64,000 nt of DNA from Lama guanicoe (Eukaryota). The stretch lies in NCBI GenBank assembly GCA_013239625.1, contig MU053881.1:10716873-10780872 (forward strand), in the 5' to 3' direction. The first letter of the stretch is position 1. Each line of letters opens with the position of its first letter. This document shows, one piece after another, positions 51,291 through 63,380 of the stretch. The notes below the pieces were generated by a model that was not told the DNA's origin, ran no database searches, and saw nothing but the letters and a program-made list of their open reading frames with translations. The translations under genes were made by a program, and so were the position numbers.

Positions 51291-51664
51291 AGGGCATTTT
51301 CTCCTGAGATAGTTTTTTAATTATTTGGTAAGTGTTTCCATTTTATGGAATAAACAGTTGTGTTTGAGGACAATTGAAATATGTAAGTAGCAATATTGTT
51401 ATCATACTGGTTGGCCAGGAGAGGAATGGCCAAGGGATCCAATAAAATTTAAGAAATGTTTGAGAGGAAGAAACAGATGTGAATTCCCAGAGAAAAGATG
51501 GGGAGGCTTTACAAATTTAAGGGTGAGACTAGGGAAGGATTCTTTAAGATACAGATAAAGACAGAAATAGAGAAAGGGAGAGAGAGAGAGTTATTCTAGG
51601 TTTGGAGAGAAAAAATTCAATGGTAGGAGTCTGGAGATACAATCCTATCTACACTCGGAGAAGT

Positions 51665-51870
51665 AACGTCGCGCAGCAGTTGGGAATTCAGACTCTGCAG
51701 TTGTGACGCTTAAAAGCTCTGTGAGTTTGTGCCTGCTACTCAGTTCAAGTGGTCCACAACCTATCCACCTGTAAAGCAGAGGTACCTGAATTATCTATCT
51801 CACAGTGTTGTCGTGAACAACTAAATGTGGTCCTGTGTGTAAAATAGCAGTTATTCCATGACTGTATCTT
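51665..51870 (+). mobile_element. MIR SINE
   Basis: cagactctgcagtt...ccacctgtaaagcagagg...ctatctcacagtgttgtcgtga...tgtgtaaaatagc. Confidence 0.55.
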
Positions 51871-52299
51871 TGGAAAACAAAGCTTTAAAAGACCCTCCTT
51901 CCTATGTCTTCAGAAATTAAAGAAGGGCTTGCATTACATTAGCATGATACCTCAGACAAAGAGAATTCTTAGACCGAGGGGAGTTAGGACTCTATTAATA
52001 CAAGAGAAGGGGGCTACAATTAACCAGTCGGTTTATTATAGACCTTGATAATCGTCACCCTACAGTAGTTATATGTACTTATAACAGTTAGAGGAATAGT
52101 TAATTTTGTGTGATATTGCTGAAGAAGATTTATAATAGCAAAAGCTAGTAATTAGTAAGCATTTTAATCAATTGTCAGGTTGTGAATTAAGAGTTAAAGA
52201 CTACATGCAATATGTAACTAACTCCCACATATAACCTATATGAAAACACCCTGCCAGCAGGCTTCCAGCTTATCTTCTCACAGTGAAAGTCATACAAAT

Positions 52300-52649
52300 T
52301 AGATTGAAAGGTAAAAGGCAGACAGAAGCAACAGTGTTGCTAACTCCAGCAACAGTGAGCAGGTGGGTAGATTCAAATGTGAAGTTACAGCAACCCCTTA
52401 GCAAATCACCTGATTCTAGACTGAAAGCTATACTGATTATTCCTTTGGCTTCTATAATTTTTTGACATTCTGAAAAAGAAAAATGAAAATTCACCCCAGA
52501 TATGAGATATTGGCAGTTTTCCCCAACCTTAGATTTTCCACTCTTGTTAATGGTCCTATTAGCACCCAAATTCCTGTATTACATCCCATCCATTCCTCCA
52601 GGTGTACCTAGAGGGGTTTATGGCTTTGTTCTGATCAATCTCAGATACA
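52300..52649 (+). mobile_element. ERVL LTR (LTR33-like) 3' portion; 5' boundary uncertain
   Basis: Ends gtacctagaggggtttatggctttgttctgatcaatctcagataca, like LTR33/LTR16-type termini. A Leu-tRNA PBS-like sequence follows directly. Confidence 0.55.
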
Positions 52650-53870
52650 GTCTGTGCTACCAGAAGTAATTTTAGAAAAGAAGTCTTCAACGGTGGTTAT
52701 GTAAGATAGTTAATCTTTAATGGTTAGGGTTCAAGGAAGTGTCTACAATATTGCAGAGCAGAAAATAGGATAGTGATGTTCCAAAGCATTGACTGTTGAA
52801 CAGCTATTTAAATTATTACCTGTAGAAGCCTTAAATGAAACAGATAAAGTAGCTCCTGCAACAATATAGCATAGGTGTGAGGCACTCAAGAGTGGTAAAT
52901 TAGCATGGCTAATTCTGATTGCAGTGGAGAGCATTTAAGAAGAAAATGTTGACACCAGCATTTTCGATTTTCAGCTCAAGATATGGTCAGAAAACCATAG
53001 AACTTCTACGACTGCCCTAAAAAATATTTTCCACTATAGCTGTAGGGTTGATCTACCTGAAAAATAGTCAACTTTTGATTCTGCAGGTTGAAGAACAAAT
53101 TGAATTCATGGACTCATCAGGTCTCATATGAAAGCCAGGCCACAGTTTAGAAAAGGGCTGAACACTGAGGAATGGAATGGGGCTATCTGGGTAGAGGCAG
53201 ATGAATATGAGTACCTTGCTACTCTAAACGTCATTGAACACCCCCTACCGGCTGACACAGCCCTCGTGCATCCTGCATCTTGAAGAGACAACAATCTTTG
53301 CTTGACTACCTATAACAACCTAATCTGAAGCAATGCTCTCTCAAAGGGATGCAAATTCTTCCAATACCCAATGCCAGTACCCGACTTTGATTCCAGGCTC
53401 TTAACTAGAATCAGATTCTGGAATAATTTAAGAAAAGGATGACAAAGCTCTACATTGAAAGAGCTAGTATGTACATGACATAGATTTCAACATTTTTAAT
53501 CATGAGATTATCTATCTATCATCTATCTATCTATCTAATCTTCCAAGAGTGCTAGGTTAGAGAAGAAGGAAGATTATATTGAATTCATTAATAACTATAT
53601 ATACATATATATATATATATAAAGCAGGGATTCTGAATTTTGAGGTATTAACATAAACAGCTGGCTATGGTTCTCACAGTTTCCCTAGTTGGTAAACTGA
53701 AACACGGACTCATTGTTGACCTACATTGTAATGTAGAGGAAATAATCCAAAGGTTTAGGAGAATAGGACCGATGGATTAATCTGTACATTCTTTTCACTC
53801 ACCCCTCACTCTGTTCCTGGGAAGGACCCCAAGAAATCTCTTTTCACCAAAGCGTTAATAATTACCTTAA
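52650..53870 (+). mobile_element. Decayed ERVL internal region (PBS + gag remnant)
   Basis: PBS-like tgctaccagaagt (52655-52667; tRNA-Leu type TGGTACCAGAAGT). Gag peptides NTEEWNGAIWVEADE (~53161-53205), NVEEIIQRFRRIG (~53730-53768) and PGKD/EGPQEI..FTKAL (~53815-53857) match ERVL gag motifs. Many stops and frameshifts. Confidence 0.75.
53509..53540. repeat. (TCTA)n tetranucleotide repeat
   Basis: Direct read, inside the ERVL remnant. Confidence 0.85.
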
Positions 53871-53934
53871 AGATATTAAGAACGCAGTTATAAAAATCTC
53901 TATAATTGCGTCCTACTGTTCGAGATAACAAACA

Positions 53935-54280
53935 CACTATCGTTTACTAGCTATTTCCCCTGGGTCAAACAGTTAACTGAGACTCAGTTTTGTTAACTGT
54001 AAAATGTGAATAATAATCACCACTTTGGTTCAGTCATGGATAGACCTGGCACAAAATAGTCATTAATGTTTTATTGAGTCTTCTATGTATAACACACTCT
54101 GCCAAAACTTTACATGCATCACATCATTTAAGCCTCCCAATGATCAAATGAGGCATGAACTCTGTCCAGCTCCCATCTACAGGTGAAACTGTTGGTGCTT
54201 AGCTAGCTCATGGTATACCTGGGATTTGAATTAAGATAGTCTGACTCTAGGGCTAATATTTTTAACATCTATGCTCCACC
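53935..54280. mobile_element. Two MIR fragments tail to tail (+ then -)
   Basis: tttactagct...actcagttttgttaactgtaaaatgtgaataataat...cctggcacaaaatag (+), then tttattgagtcttctatgt...tttacatgcatcacatcatttaagcctccc...gggatttgaattaagatagtctgactc (-). Confidence 0.65.
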
Positions 54281-54894
54281 ACAAACTCTAGATTATCCAT
54301 AAATATAAATTACTATTAGCATCATCGTCAATACCATCACGATTATCAGTATCACTGTTAAATGGTCATCCATCCTGTGGTCATACTCCTACTACAGGAA
54401 AGGGCTTCAGATCATTGATAGATGTAGGGGGTTTTAAATAACAAACAGTTAATTAAAAGAGTATGATCAGAGCCCCAAATCATAACTTCTATGGACCTCC
54501 GTTCCCTGACCTAGAAAGGAAGATGTATAATTGCGTGCCTCCTGAAATCCCTTTTAGTCCTATTCAGCAAGTTTTAGCAACAATCAGTCTTTGAAGGCTG
54601 TCAGCTCATTATGCATCAGTACATGCTCACAGCTTCAGTTATAAGAACCATTGGTGGTGGCCATATCAAAGCCCCTCACTAATATTAATATTAAGTTAAT
54701 GCAAAGAATTTCATCCTGGGGCTGCTAGAGACTTGTTAGAAGCCCAGGATATGTTATTTTTGCTTTTACTGATTAAAAACAGAGTCTTACTAGAGGGTAC
54801 CCTTCTCTCTACTCAAAGCTGAGTTGCCACGGATTCTTTTTTGTTTCTATAAAGATTTCATACATTCATTGAAATTATATGTATATATAATTAT

Positions 54895-54914
54895 ACACAC
54901 ACACACACACACAC
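54895..54914. repeat. (AC)n microsatellite
   Basis: Direct read. Confidence 0.9.
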
Positions 54915-55330
54915 TTAGAAAGAATACTGGTGACTGAATAAATCAGAAGTGTGATATTTCCTTAATTTTTAGGTAATGATTTTTTACTACGACCTGATAA
55001 GAGAACTTTCTTCGCTCTACTGGGAAATTGTAGCACCTTCTGAAAAATCAATGACGGAAGTTTGTTTGAAAGTTTATACTTGCTCCATTTAAGTAAAAAC
55101 TCAGTAAAATTACGAAATAAAATGCAGGTATAAGGAACATAATCCCTTTTATCATTTAGACATCTGAGACCTTAAATTGGGTCTAGAATTTTAACTAAAT
55201 GCATTATAAAATTCAACTTTTTCCTGCACTAATTATCATCACCCTAATATGTATAAAAGACTACTTTTATTAATTACTATAAACCATAGATAATAAAAAG
55301 AAGAAAGACTGTCCTAGTTTCAAAATTTAC

Positions 55331-55357
55331 AAAAAAAAAAAAAAAAAAAAAAAAAAA
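55331..55357. repeat. A27 homopolymer
   Basis: Direct read. No recognisable retroposon body upstream. Confidence 0.9.
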
Positions 55358-55486
55358 GACCCTCTCAGATTCTGCATGAAACCAAATCAATCAACAAAGA
55401 AAAGAATAATTCATCTAGGAAGTTCGTTGTTTGATGGACACAGGGCCAATTAACTAATCTGACATGATGCAATTAACAAGTTTGAC

Positions 55487-55529
<43 letters not shown>
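55487..55529. repeat. (TTTA)n tetranucleotide repeat
   Basis: Direct read, about 10 units. Confidence 0.95.
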
Positions 55530-56609
55530 TAATGAATTGACTGCCTTGGCTTCTTGTTTCAGTGTCATGTAGACACAGCAGCAGGTAACAGTAACAATAT
55601 TGAACTGAGAGGTTAAGTGATTTAATTTTGAAGACATTACTGTTGCAGAGGCCACATTTAATAAATCAATGTGTTTAAGAATGCTTGGAGATCTATGGAT
55701 TAAAGATTACTTTGCTGGTAGAGTGCCTAGTAATCATTATGCATTGCAAACCCACGCACGACACTAAAAGCTTGTCTTTCTCAGTTGTCAATAACACTGT
55801 GCGTCTCCAGGTAGCCCCAAACCTCCCCTCCACACAGCACTAGCTGGCTTTCTTCAACAGATAGCATCCACTTCCCTACCGTAATAGATCATACTCTGCA
55901 CCTCCCTGCCTCAGCTTTAATTAAGGGTGCTTGACAAGTTTAGGTTAGAATATCAATACAATAATTATAGTAAGCAGTACACAAGTCATTCATTATTTGA
56001 GCCTAAGACAATGTTGTGCTTTGGATTATTTTTCCCCAAGCATCCACTTTGTGTGGATGAAGGACAAAAAAAAAAAAAAATCTGTTCCTGTGCAGAAAAA
56101 TGCAATGTCAGAGCAGACCTCCTGGCCCTGTAGGTAATTGTTCAGCACCGCTCATTAACTGCAACTTGCAAGCTATCACACAGCGCTAACCTCAGTGCAT
56201 GATACAAAACCAGTGTGGGGACTAGCAGGAGGGTGTCTTCTTTAGCACAGAAGTGATATTATTTTTTAAAATAATGATAGCAAAAAATTCATTCTTCCCT
56301 GAAGACAAATATCCAGATATTTTTAATCCACCTTATCAATCAGTAAATTTTGTCAGTCATTTTTCATAATGAATTCTAGTGAAGAAACATATGAACATTT
56401 AATTTGAATGAAATATCAAGAATAACTACCATAGTCATTAGAATCATCACATTATGGAATATACACTATGGATGGGAGCTTAGAAAATTCCAGTTTAATT
56501 TTTGATGAAAAGTACTAAGTAAAGCTTAGGGACGTTAGCAAGGTTACAGCCTCATCAGAAGCGAAGTTGAGTCTAGACTCCATTTCTCCCCCCAGTGTTC
56601 CTTCTACTG

Positions 56610-56744
56610 TTTTTGGAGGGCGGGGGTAGGTAATTGGGCTTACTTATTCACTTTTTAATAGAGGTGCTGGGGATTGAACCTAGGACCTTGTGCATGCTAA
56701 GCATGCACTCTACCACAGCCTCTCTACTACAGCCTCCCCTCCCC
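56610..56744 (-). mobile_element. tRNA-Ala-derived SINE (camelid Vic-1-like) inserted in a MIR
   Basis: agaggtgctggggattgaacctaggaccttgtgcatgctaagcatgcactctacca is the reverse complement of a tRNA-Ala-like head. TSD cccagtgttccttctactgt / cccagtgtcctttctagtgt. Confidence 0.88.
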
Positions 56745-58591
56745 AGTGTCCTTTCTAGTGTCATTTTCCAGAATGCTCTGGAATTACTTTAAAATGTAGG
56801 GAATTTCATACCCAGAGAGAATTTTTTAAACTTTCTGCCAAGATTGCAGCTCTGTGGTGTCACACTTTGGGATACACCTTAAGTAACTCTACACAAAGCA
56901 TTCTGCTTCCACATTCTGAGCCACTCCGTGCAATCATATTCTCGCATTCTTGGATTAAATTCACTTCAGTTAATCATGGCTTCCCAGCCCTACTATCTAC
57001 TAGAACCTCCATAAGACCAGGACCTCCGTATTCCGCGTGGCCCATTATTAGTCTAATGGCTAGCGAGGTAAAGAAAAAGTGCTTAATAATAATGGGTGGA
57101 CTGAATTAAAAATGCCCCAATATCTTGACTCAGGGTTCGCACCTTCCCTTCACACACTGTCATCCTTGGACAGATCCATGAGATTATATCACAATAATCT
57201 GATATCCACCCATTCTCACCCCTACCCGCATGAGATGCCAGATAGCAAGTTTTCTTTTCCTCCAAATCAACGGGGAGCCCCTTGTTCCCCAGAAAGCTAG
57301 AAAGAACAGCAGTGAGAGCATGAGCGACTTCAGCAGAGGGAAGCCACTTAATCCTACGATTTTTTTTTTTAATGCAGTATTTCGGGTCTTTTTGAGAATT
57401 CATTTGGAGGACTCTCCGTCCTAGCATAGCTTTCAATATGATGTGAATTTTTCTTTCACAAAATGAGGTGATAGTATCACCAGTTGGGGAGATAGTGTCC
57501 TTACACAACTCAGAACAGCTCTGGCGATTCAGTGGGTCATGTCTGATATATATCCCCCTCTTTCCATTGCTTTATTCCATTCAGTTACAAGAAAGCACTT
57601 TTTTTTTTAACCCCAGTACTCTACTCATGATTATTCTGCCCAAGTATCACAAGACAAAGTGACTTCCTGAAAGCAAATTTTGAAAGGTGTGAGACCCCGG
57701 TTTCGTCATCTGTCCTACACAGTAATCCTAGAGCCTTATGTCCGTGAAGCGCAGTACACAACTTTCCCACACACGACCACCTTTGAGGTCATAAAGACAC
57801 TGTGTGGCAGGAAGAACAGCTCTGACTGGCCCATTTGGCTGGTGTTGTGGGGCCTCAGAGAAGGCAGATGATGAGACGGACCAAGATCACACAACTAAAA
57901 GGAAGCAGAGTGGGAAGTCACATCGCAGATTTCCAACTAAATCTGTTCTCCTGTCTCTTCCTTCTCTGCACTTCCTCAAAGATAGGTAGGTCCCCATGCC
58001 AGAAAATACAAGAGATCACTGGATCAACCTGGTATATGTCTACAAATTGTATGTTTTCTCCAAATATTGAAAGGAAACAATTTTGTGTGAAAATCAATAC
58101 AGGTATGCTGGCTAGGAATGCAAAACTTACAAACAGAAATACATAAAGTAAAATGGTCAAAATTTCTCTCTTCAGTTTACATACAGGAACCCGTGGTTAC
58201 GAGTCTGTTTTCTGTCACGAGGCATGCTTAAGTGAGAGCCTGCAAGCAGCTCAGGGAACAGGACTTCCCTGACCACAAGTATGGCCGGATGTCCTGACCA
58301 CCCTCTCACCCGTATGTTCCACGGACTGAGTCAGAAGTATGCAGACTGAGAAAACAGGAAGCTACAGGAGACATGGGGGCTGGTTTTGACCACAAAATAA
58401 ATTATATGGGAACTGAGTTACATGGATGCTAACATATAATCTTTCAAGCAAAAAGGCCAAGTGACTCAGCAATTATGGGTCCAACAGTGGTAAACAGTGT
58501 CCTCTGCTCCAGAACTTCTCAGAGACTAAATGTGCTACGTGCATAATGCAACCCCTGCACAGTGCAATATGTAGTATTTTCATTATAGATT

Positions 58592-59025
58592 TGTTAAAAA
58601 AAAAAGTATTCTGACCCTTATCATGGTAAGGAAGATTTTATTCAAGACTTTTGCAGTGGGGTTTTTGCAACAGGGGAGAGTGACTGGCTCAACTCCGCAT
58701 ACTGGAAAGACAGCTGGGAGTTTATAGGCAGTGCGCTGAGGAAGAGTGGGTCGGTGGATGGAAAAGCCCTAACAGGAGACGTCAGCCAGGGTGGGGACTG
58801 TAGCGCCACTGACCTAACAGGGTTCTTCCTGAAGTCAGGCCAAGGTGATTAGACTTCAAGTCTGGGAAATTATCGCTAAGCTGACTTAGCAGGATTCTTG
58901 CCATCACGGGGCTGGACAGGCTGAAGACAGCCCTGGGGGTTGCGGGAGGGGACAAGGTCAAGGCCTAGTGGAGAAGAGGGCTCAGAAAAGCCTGGTTCAA
59001 GATTGTTTAAGGAGAGAGTCTGTCA
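58592..59025 (-). mobile_element. MER31-family ERV1 solo LTR
   Basis: TG...CA ends. The reverse complement begins tgacagactctctccttaaacaatcttgaaccaggcttttctgagccctcttctccactaggccttgaccttg, like the MER31 5' end. Confidence 0.8.
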
Positions 59026-59329
59026 ATTAATTTGATGCAGAGCCTTCTGGTGGGTCACTGCTTTGGACTGGTTGCCACAGAACACCTCAGGGAAGCCTTG
59101 GCCCTACTCCACTGCTCGGGTAATAGTCCCTTGATGATACTACCAGACACACCCCACAAATTGCTCAGCATTCATTCTACATGCCAAGCAAAGACTGGCT
59201 GACCCCATCTCACAGACACAGTGGTGCTTGGGTCAGAACATTGGGATTATATAAGTAGAGAAAAGAAAGAATGGATTTAGCCCTCCCTTTGATCAGTCTG
59301 AGTTTCCTTCTAAAACAACATTTTCACTC

Positions 59330-59440
59330 ATTCACTGAATAACTTTGGGTAAGCCACTTAACCTCTGGGTCTTCAATTCCTCATTGGTATAATAAAAAGG
59401 GTTTAACTAAATGATCTCTGATGCCCTTTTCATCATAAAA
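59330..59440 (+). mobile_element. MIR/MIR3 fragment
   Basis: actttgggtaagccacttaacctctgggtcttcaattcctcatt...aactaaatgatctctgatgcccttt. Confidence 0.65.
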
Positions 59441-60194
59441 AAAAATACCTATTAAGTTTTCTGTGCTTCTATGTATCCAATTAATGTTTTACAAAGACCA
59501 GATTAAAATGACCAGTGTTCACTGCCATGAGCTAGGGAGAGTAACAGAAGATTTTAGACAGGAGAGGAAGGAGGGCGGCTGTTGATTTCCAGTATCTTCT
59601 GACAAAAAAATTATTCATTTTGGTTTTGGAGAAATCCTTCCCCCACCCCTAACCCCTCAAACAAACAAAAAACTGGATACTTTAAAAATAGAAAAATTTT
59701 GTTTCAGGATGTAAAACTGAGGCACAAGCATACACTACAAATCCCAAGCTATAAATAGGGAATATGCACATTTCTCAGTGAGAAGCAATCTCTGCATCTG
59801 AGCTGAAATCCAGTGGCATTAATTCACCACAACAGAAAAGGATATTGACAGGCAAAGACCTATATAAATAAAGGTGTAGACACCTAACTAAACAGATTAC
59901 ATTTGCTGGGGAAGCTTATTTGAAGGAAAGGGGATGGTGAGTGAATTCCTTCCAAGAAGGCCAACCTTTTGCCTTTAAATTTACAAAACCAACATCTCAC
60001 AATTCGATTGAGAAATCCCCCCTTTTCGTTCTATTTTTAAAACTAAATAAAAATGAGAAAAATCAAATATTTATTTCACAACAGTGCATAGATACGGACG
60101 GAAAGAGACTAACTCGGAAGGCTCGCAGAGCAGACATTTAAATTCACACCTTCCCCTGTTTTTATTTCTAAAAAAGTTACAATTTGATTATAAT

Positions 60195-60370
60195 TTTAGA
60201 GTGAAATCTAGAGTTACGATTGGAAGAGATCTGTAAAGTTATCCAGTATAAACTCTTCGTTTTAACAGATATGAATGCAAGGTCTCAGAGAGATGAAGCC
60301 TGCAGCTGCCGAGCGAGCGGCTGAGTTGGGTCCAAAAACCCAGGCTTCCTGACTCTGGGTGCAGAGTTTT
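60195..60370 (-). mobile_element. MIR fragment
   Basis: ttggaagagatctgtaaagttatccagt...cgttttaacagatatgaa...cccaggcttcctgactc. Confidence 0.6.
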
Positions 60371-60643
60371 CTTTTTCCCCCCTCTTCCAGGACCCGAACA
60401 GGAATTAGGCAAGCAATTCAGGAGGGCTAAATGCAGGGCTTGCTTGTGGAATCAACGTGCACTTGTCCCATGGAATTTGTTATCTCCAGTTGTGTTCCTG
60501 TTATGGGATTTGTTGTTCTGTTTTCTGACTCTGCACTTGATTAGCAATTCTGGGCCAGAGCAACGTGCCGCTTCCCCCGAGCACCGAGCAGTGGTCAGTG
60601 AATGCAATCCGCCGCACTCTGCGATCTGTGAGCGAAGTTGTTA

Positions 60644-60662
60644 CAGCTCCACCTAGTGGACA
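60644..60662 (-). promoter_or_regulatory. Candidate CTCF site
   Basis: The reverse complement TGTCCACTAGGTGGAGCTG is a near-consensus CTCF core, within a CpG-rich patch (60560-60740). Confidence 0.65.
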
Positions 60663-61899
60663 AACTCACAGAGAGGGGGACTGCGGAGGCGAAGTGGCCC
60701 GCTGAGGACCCATCTGCCGGCGGGGTCGCGTGTCGCAGAGGTTAAAGCTGCAAAAAGTTGTACTGACAACTGCAAGTAAACTAAAGACTGTTAGGGAGAA
60801 ATCAAAGTATAATTATTAGAGAAGGGGAAAAAAACCCATCAGCTTTCTCATTACTTCAAGGACCTCTAGAGATTTTTATAGCTTCTGGAGGATGCTGTTA
60901 GGTATAAAGAAAGACAAGTCAGAGGATAGAATTAATAGAACTCACAAGTGAAAACTAATTCTTGGAATTTTCCTAAAACTGCACACAAACGGATGCATTC
61001 AGGCTTTGGAGTCTCTGGCTGGCACCCCCCCCCCCAACCCCTTAAAGCCTACAAAGAAAGCTGAGTCCTGGACCACAAGTAGATCAACAATTCCACCTGC
61101 CCTCCCAGGTTTGTGACAGGAGTACTAGTGCTTCTGAGGAATCCTGATTCGTTTGTATGTACCGCCTGCCTTTTCCTGTCTGTCCGAAGAGGCACGACTA
61201 GAAGTTAGCATGCTCGAGCTCCCGGAAGCAAAGCAACACCGTCTCTGAGAAATTAGATTTCCGGAACATATGTGGGACGGACAGACAAAAAATTCACCAT
61301 TCACCATCTTTCAAGAGAACCGTCAACAGCAGTCCCTTCCCTTCTGTCCTCTGCCCTTTTCTTACGTACATCATTTTCGTTTCTGAGGAGCCAAGAAGCT
61401 TCTACTGCATTCATTTCCTCTCTATGCAGACATCCCTGGGACATTTTGCTCCACATTAAGTAACAACTGCTTTCTGAGAGGAACTGGCAAAACAACGGCT
61501 CCTGATTTTTCTTTTATTCAAATCAAGTTTATTATTTTTCCCTTTATCAACATCTATATAGTGTATTCAGAATGCTTTTGCATCAATGGCAATTTTAAGA
61601 ATGTCCTTGACATGAACAATTTCTATATTTGAGATGCAGTCTCTTCTGAAGAAAGTGTAAAGAGCTCTAAGGCTGAGTTGGCATAAACATTGCAGAAGCA
61701 CAGGTAAATGACACCTGGCACAAAGCATCTATTCAATAAATAATCCTTGAATTGAATTGGAAAGGCAGTTTGTAGTCAAACAGATTTGGTTCGACGTGGT
61801 TCCGGAGGCAGCTGGTTGAGCAACTGAAGTGAGTAACTTAGCAGGCCAGCCCCTATGGTTTTCTGCTAAAGATTTGAGGGTTTGTGAATGAGAGCTAAA

Positions 61900-62110
61900 G
61901 TCAAGCTAGTCAGCCCCTCACTTGCTGTGTGATTGCAGATAAGTTACTTCAGCTCTCTGTGACTCAGATTATCTGACTCAAAATTACAATGGGTAGGAAC
62001 AGTGTTTAATTCAGAAATTTCTGGTGATAATGCAAAAAGATATGTGAAGTCCTTCCCACAGTATTGTACAGAGTACAGTGTAGCAAGCGTTTGACAAATT
62101 CTGGAAATTT
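61900..62110 (+). mobile_element. MIR SINE
   Basis: ctcacttgctgtgtgattgcagataagttacttcagctctctgtgactcag...gataatgca...atgtgaagtccttccc. Confidence 0.6.
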
Positions 62111-62811
62111 GTGTATGCCATACTGAGAAATTAAGCTTTTTATTGATCAAGAATGGCTTCCATCAAAAGTCTCACTTGAAATGGATTGGGAAATAATGAG
62201 GACAGAGGTAATGGACCAAGAATTACATATTATTCAACTAATTATAAAGTATTTTGAAGAACTTTTTGCCATGAGTTTGAGAAGCCTATTAGGCAAGTAT
62301 GGACAAAACTCTGCATCAGAAACCAAGAGAAGCTGAAGCATCATAGCCTGTCCTTTGTCCTTGGGAAGCTGATAGCATCTCTGCGGGAAGGACAATCGCA
62401 CAACAAACTAGCAAAATGCCCACATCACAGAGGGAATTAACAAATCTTTTAAGAGGTATTACTGGGCAAAAGGAAATATGGAAATATGCCCTGGATGCTA
62501 AGCACAGGATCCTGATGATAGACAAATCTGGAATTGATGGAGTGGAATGGGAGAGAGATGTCAAGGAAATCTCACAGGATGTCCATGCTGGAGCCAGAAG
62601 AGTTACCCAGATGGGTAAAGAAAAGACCAAAGGGCATTTGAGGGTTGTGGGGAGACATGGAGCCATGATTATTACGGAAGTGGGTTGGTTGAGATCAAAT
62701 AAGTAAGTTCATTTGACTTGTTAAGTCTATCCTCACATAGTTTCTGCTTTTGTAAACAAAACAAACACTGGTCAGCAAAAGGATAAAATTTAAAGTTCTG
62801 AGTTGGTCAGG

Positions 62812-63308
62812 ATGGTAGACAGAAATGACAGCTTCTCCAAACTGGCCACATCCTAATCTCCAGGATCTGTGACTATGTTACATTACATGGCCAGAGGGGG
62901 GATTAAGTTGCAGGGAAAATTCAGATTGCTAATTATCTGATTTTAAAATTAGGAGATTATCCTGGTTTATGTGTTACATTCAGTGTAGTCATCAGAGAAG
63001 AGAGATGCAGAAAAGTCAGTGTCCAAGTGATGAGATTTGAGAGAGAAATCATCTAATGCTGGCTTTGAAAATAGGAGAGAGTGACGAGCCAAGGGATGCA
63101 GGCAGCTTCTGGATGCTGGAAAGAGCAGGAAGCACATTTTCCCCTAGAGTCTCCAGAAAGGAGTCAAGCGCTGCCAACACCTTGATTTTAGCCCAGTGAT
63201 ACCTGTGTCCGATTTCTGGCTTCCAGAACTGTCAAATAATACATTTATATTGTTTGAAGCCACTAACTTTACAGCAATTTGTTACAGCAATAATAGGAAA
63301 TGAACACA
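62812..63308 (+). mobile_element. MaLR LTR (MLT1C/D-like)
   Basis: ccacatcctaatctccaggatctgtgactatgttacattacatggc...gagccaagggatgcaggcagcttctggatgctggaaagagcaggaa...ccaacaccttgattttagcccagtga...gcaatttgttacagcaataataggaaatgaacaca. Confidence 0.88.
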
Positions 63309-63380
63309 TTCAGCCTTTCTGCTTCTAGGAGGGTGAAGGCAGGAAGCCCACACCATGTATATACATTTGTAGCAAAACAG

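Noticed and set aside
53100..53870. Domesticated gag gene
   Set aside because: Multiple stops, frameshifts and two microsatellites interrupt the frame.
55331..55357. A27 as the tail of a processed pseudogene
   Set aside because: No upstream ORF remnant or clear TSD. Treated as a simple homopolymer.
57079..58160. Dense cluster of short ORFs
   Set aside because: They overlap on both strands, mostly use alternative starts, and show no recognisable domains or consistent exon structure.
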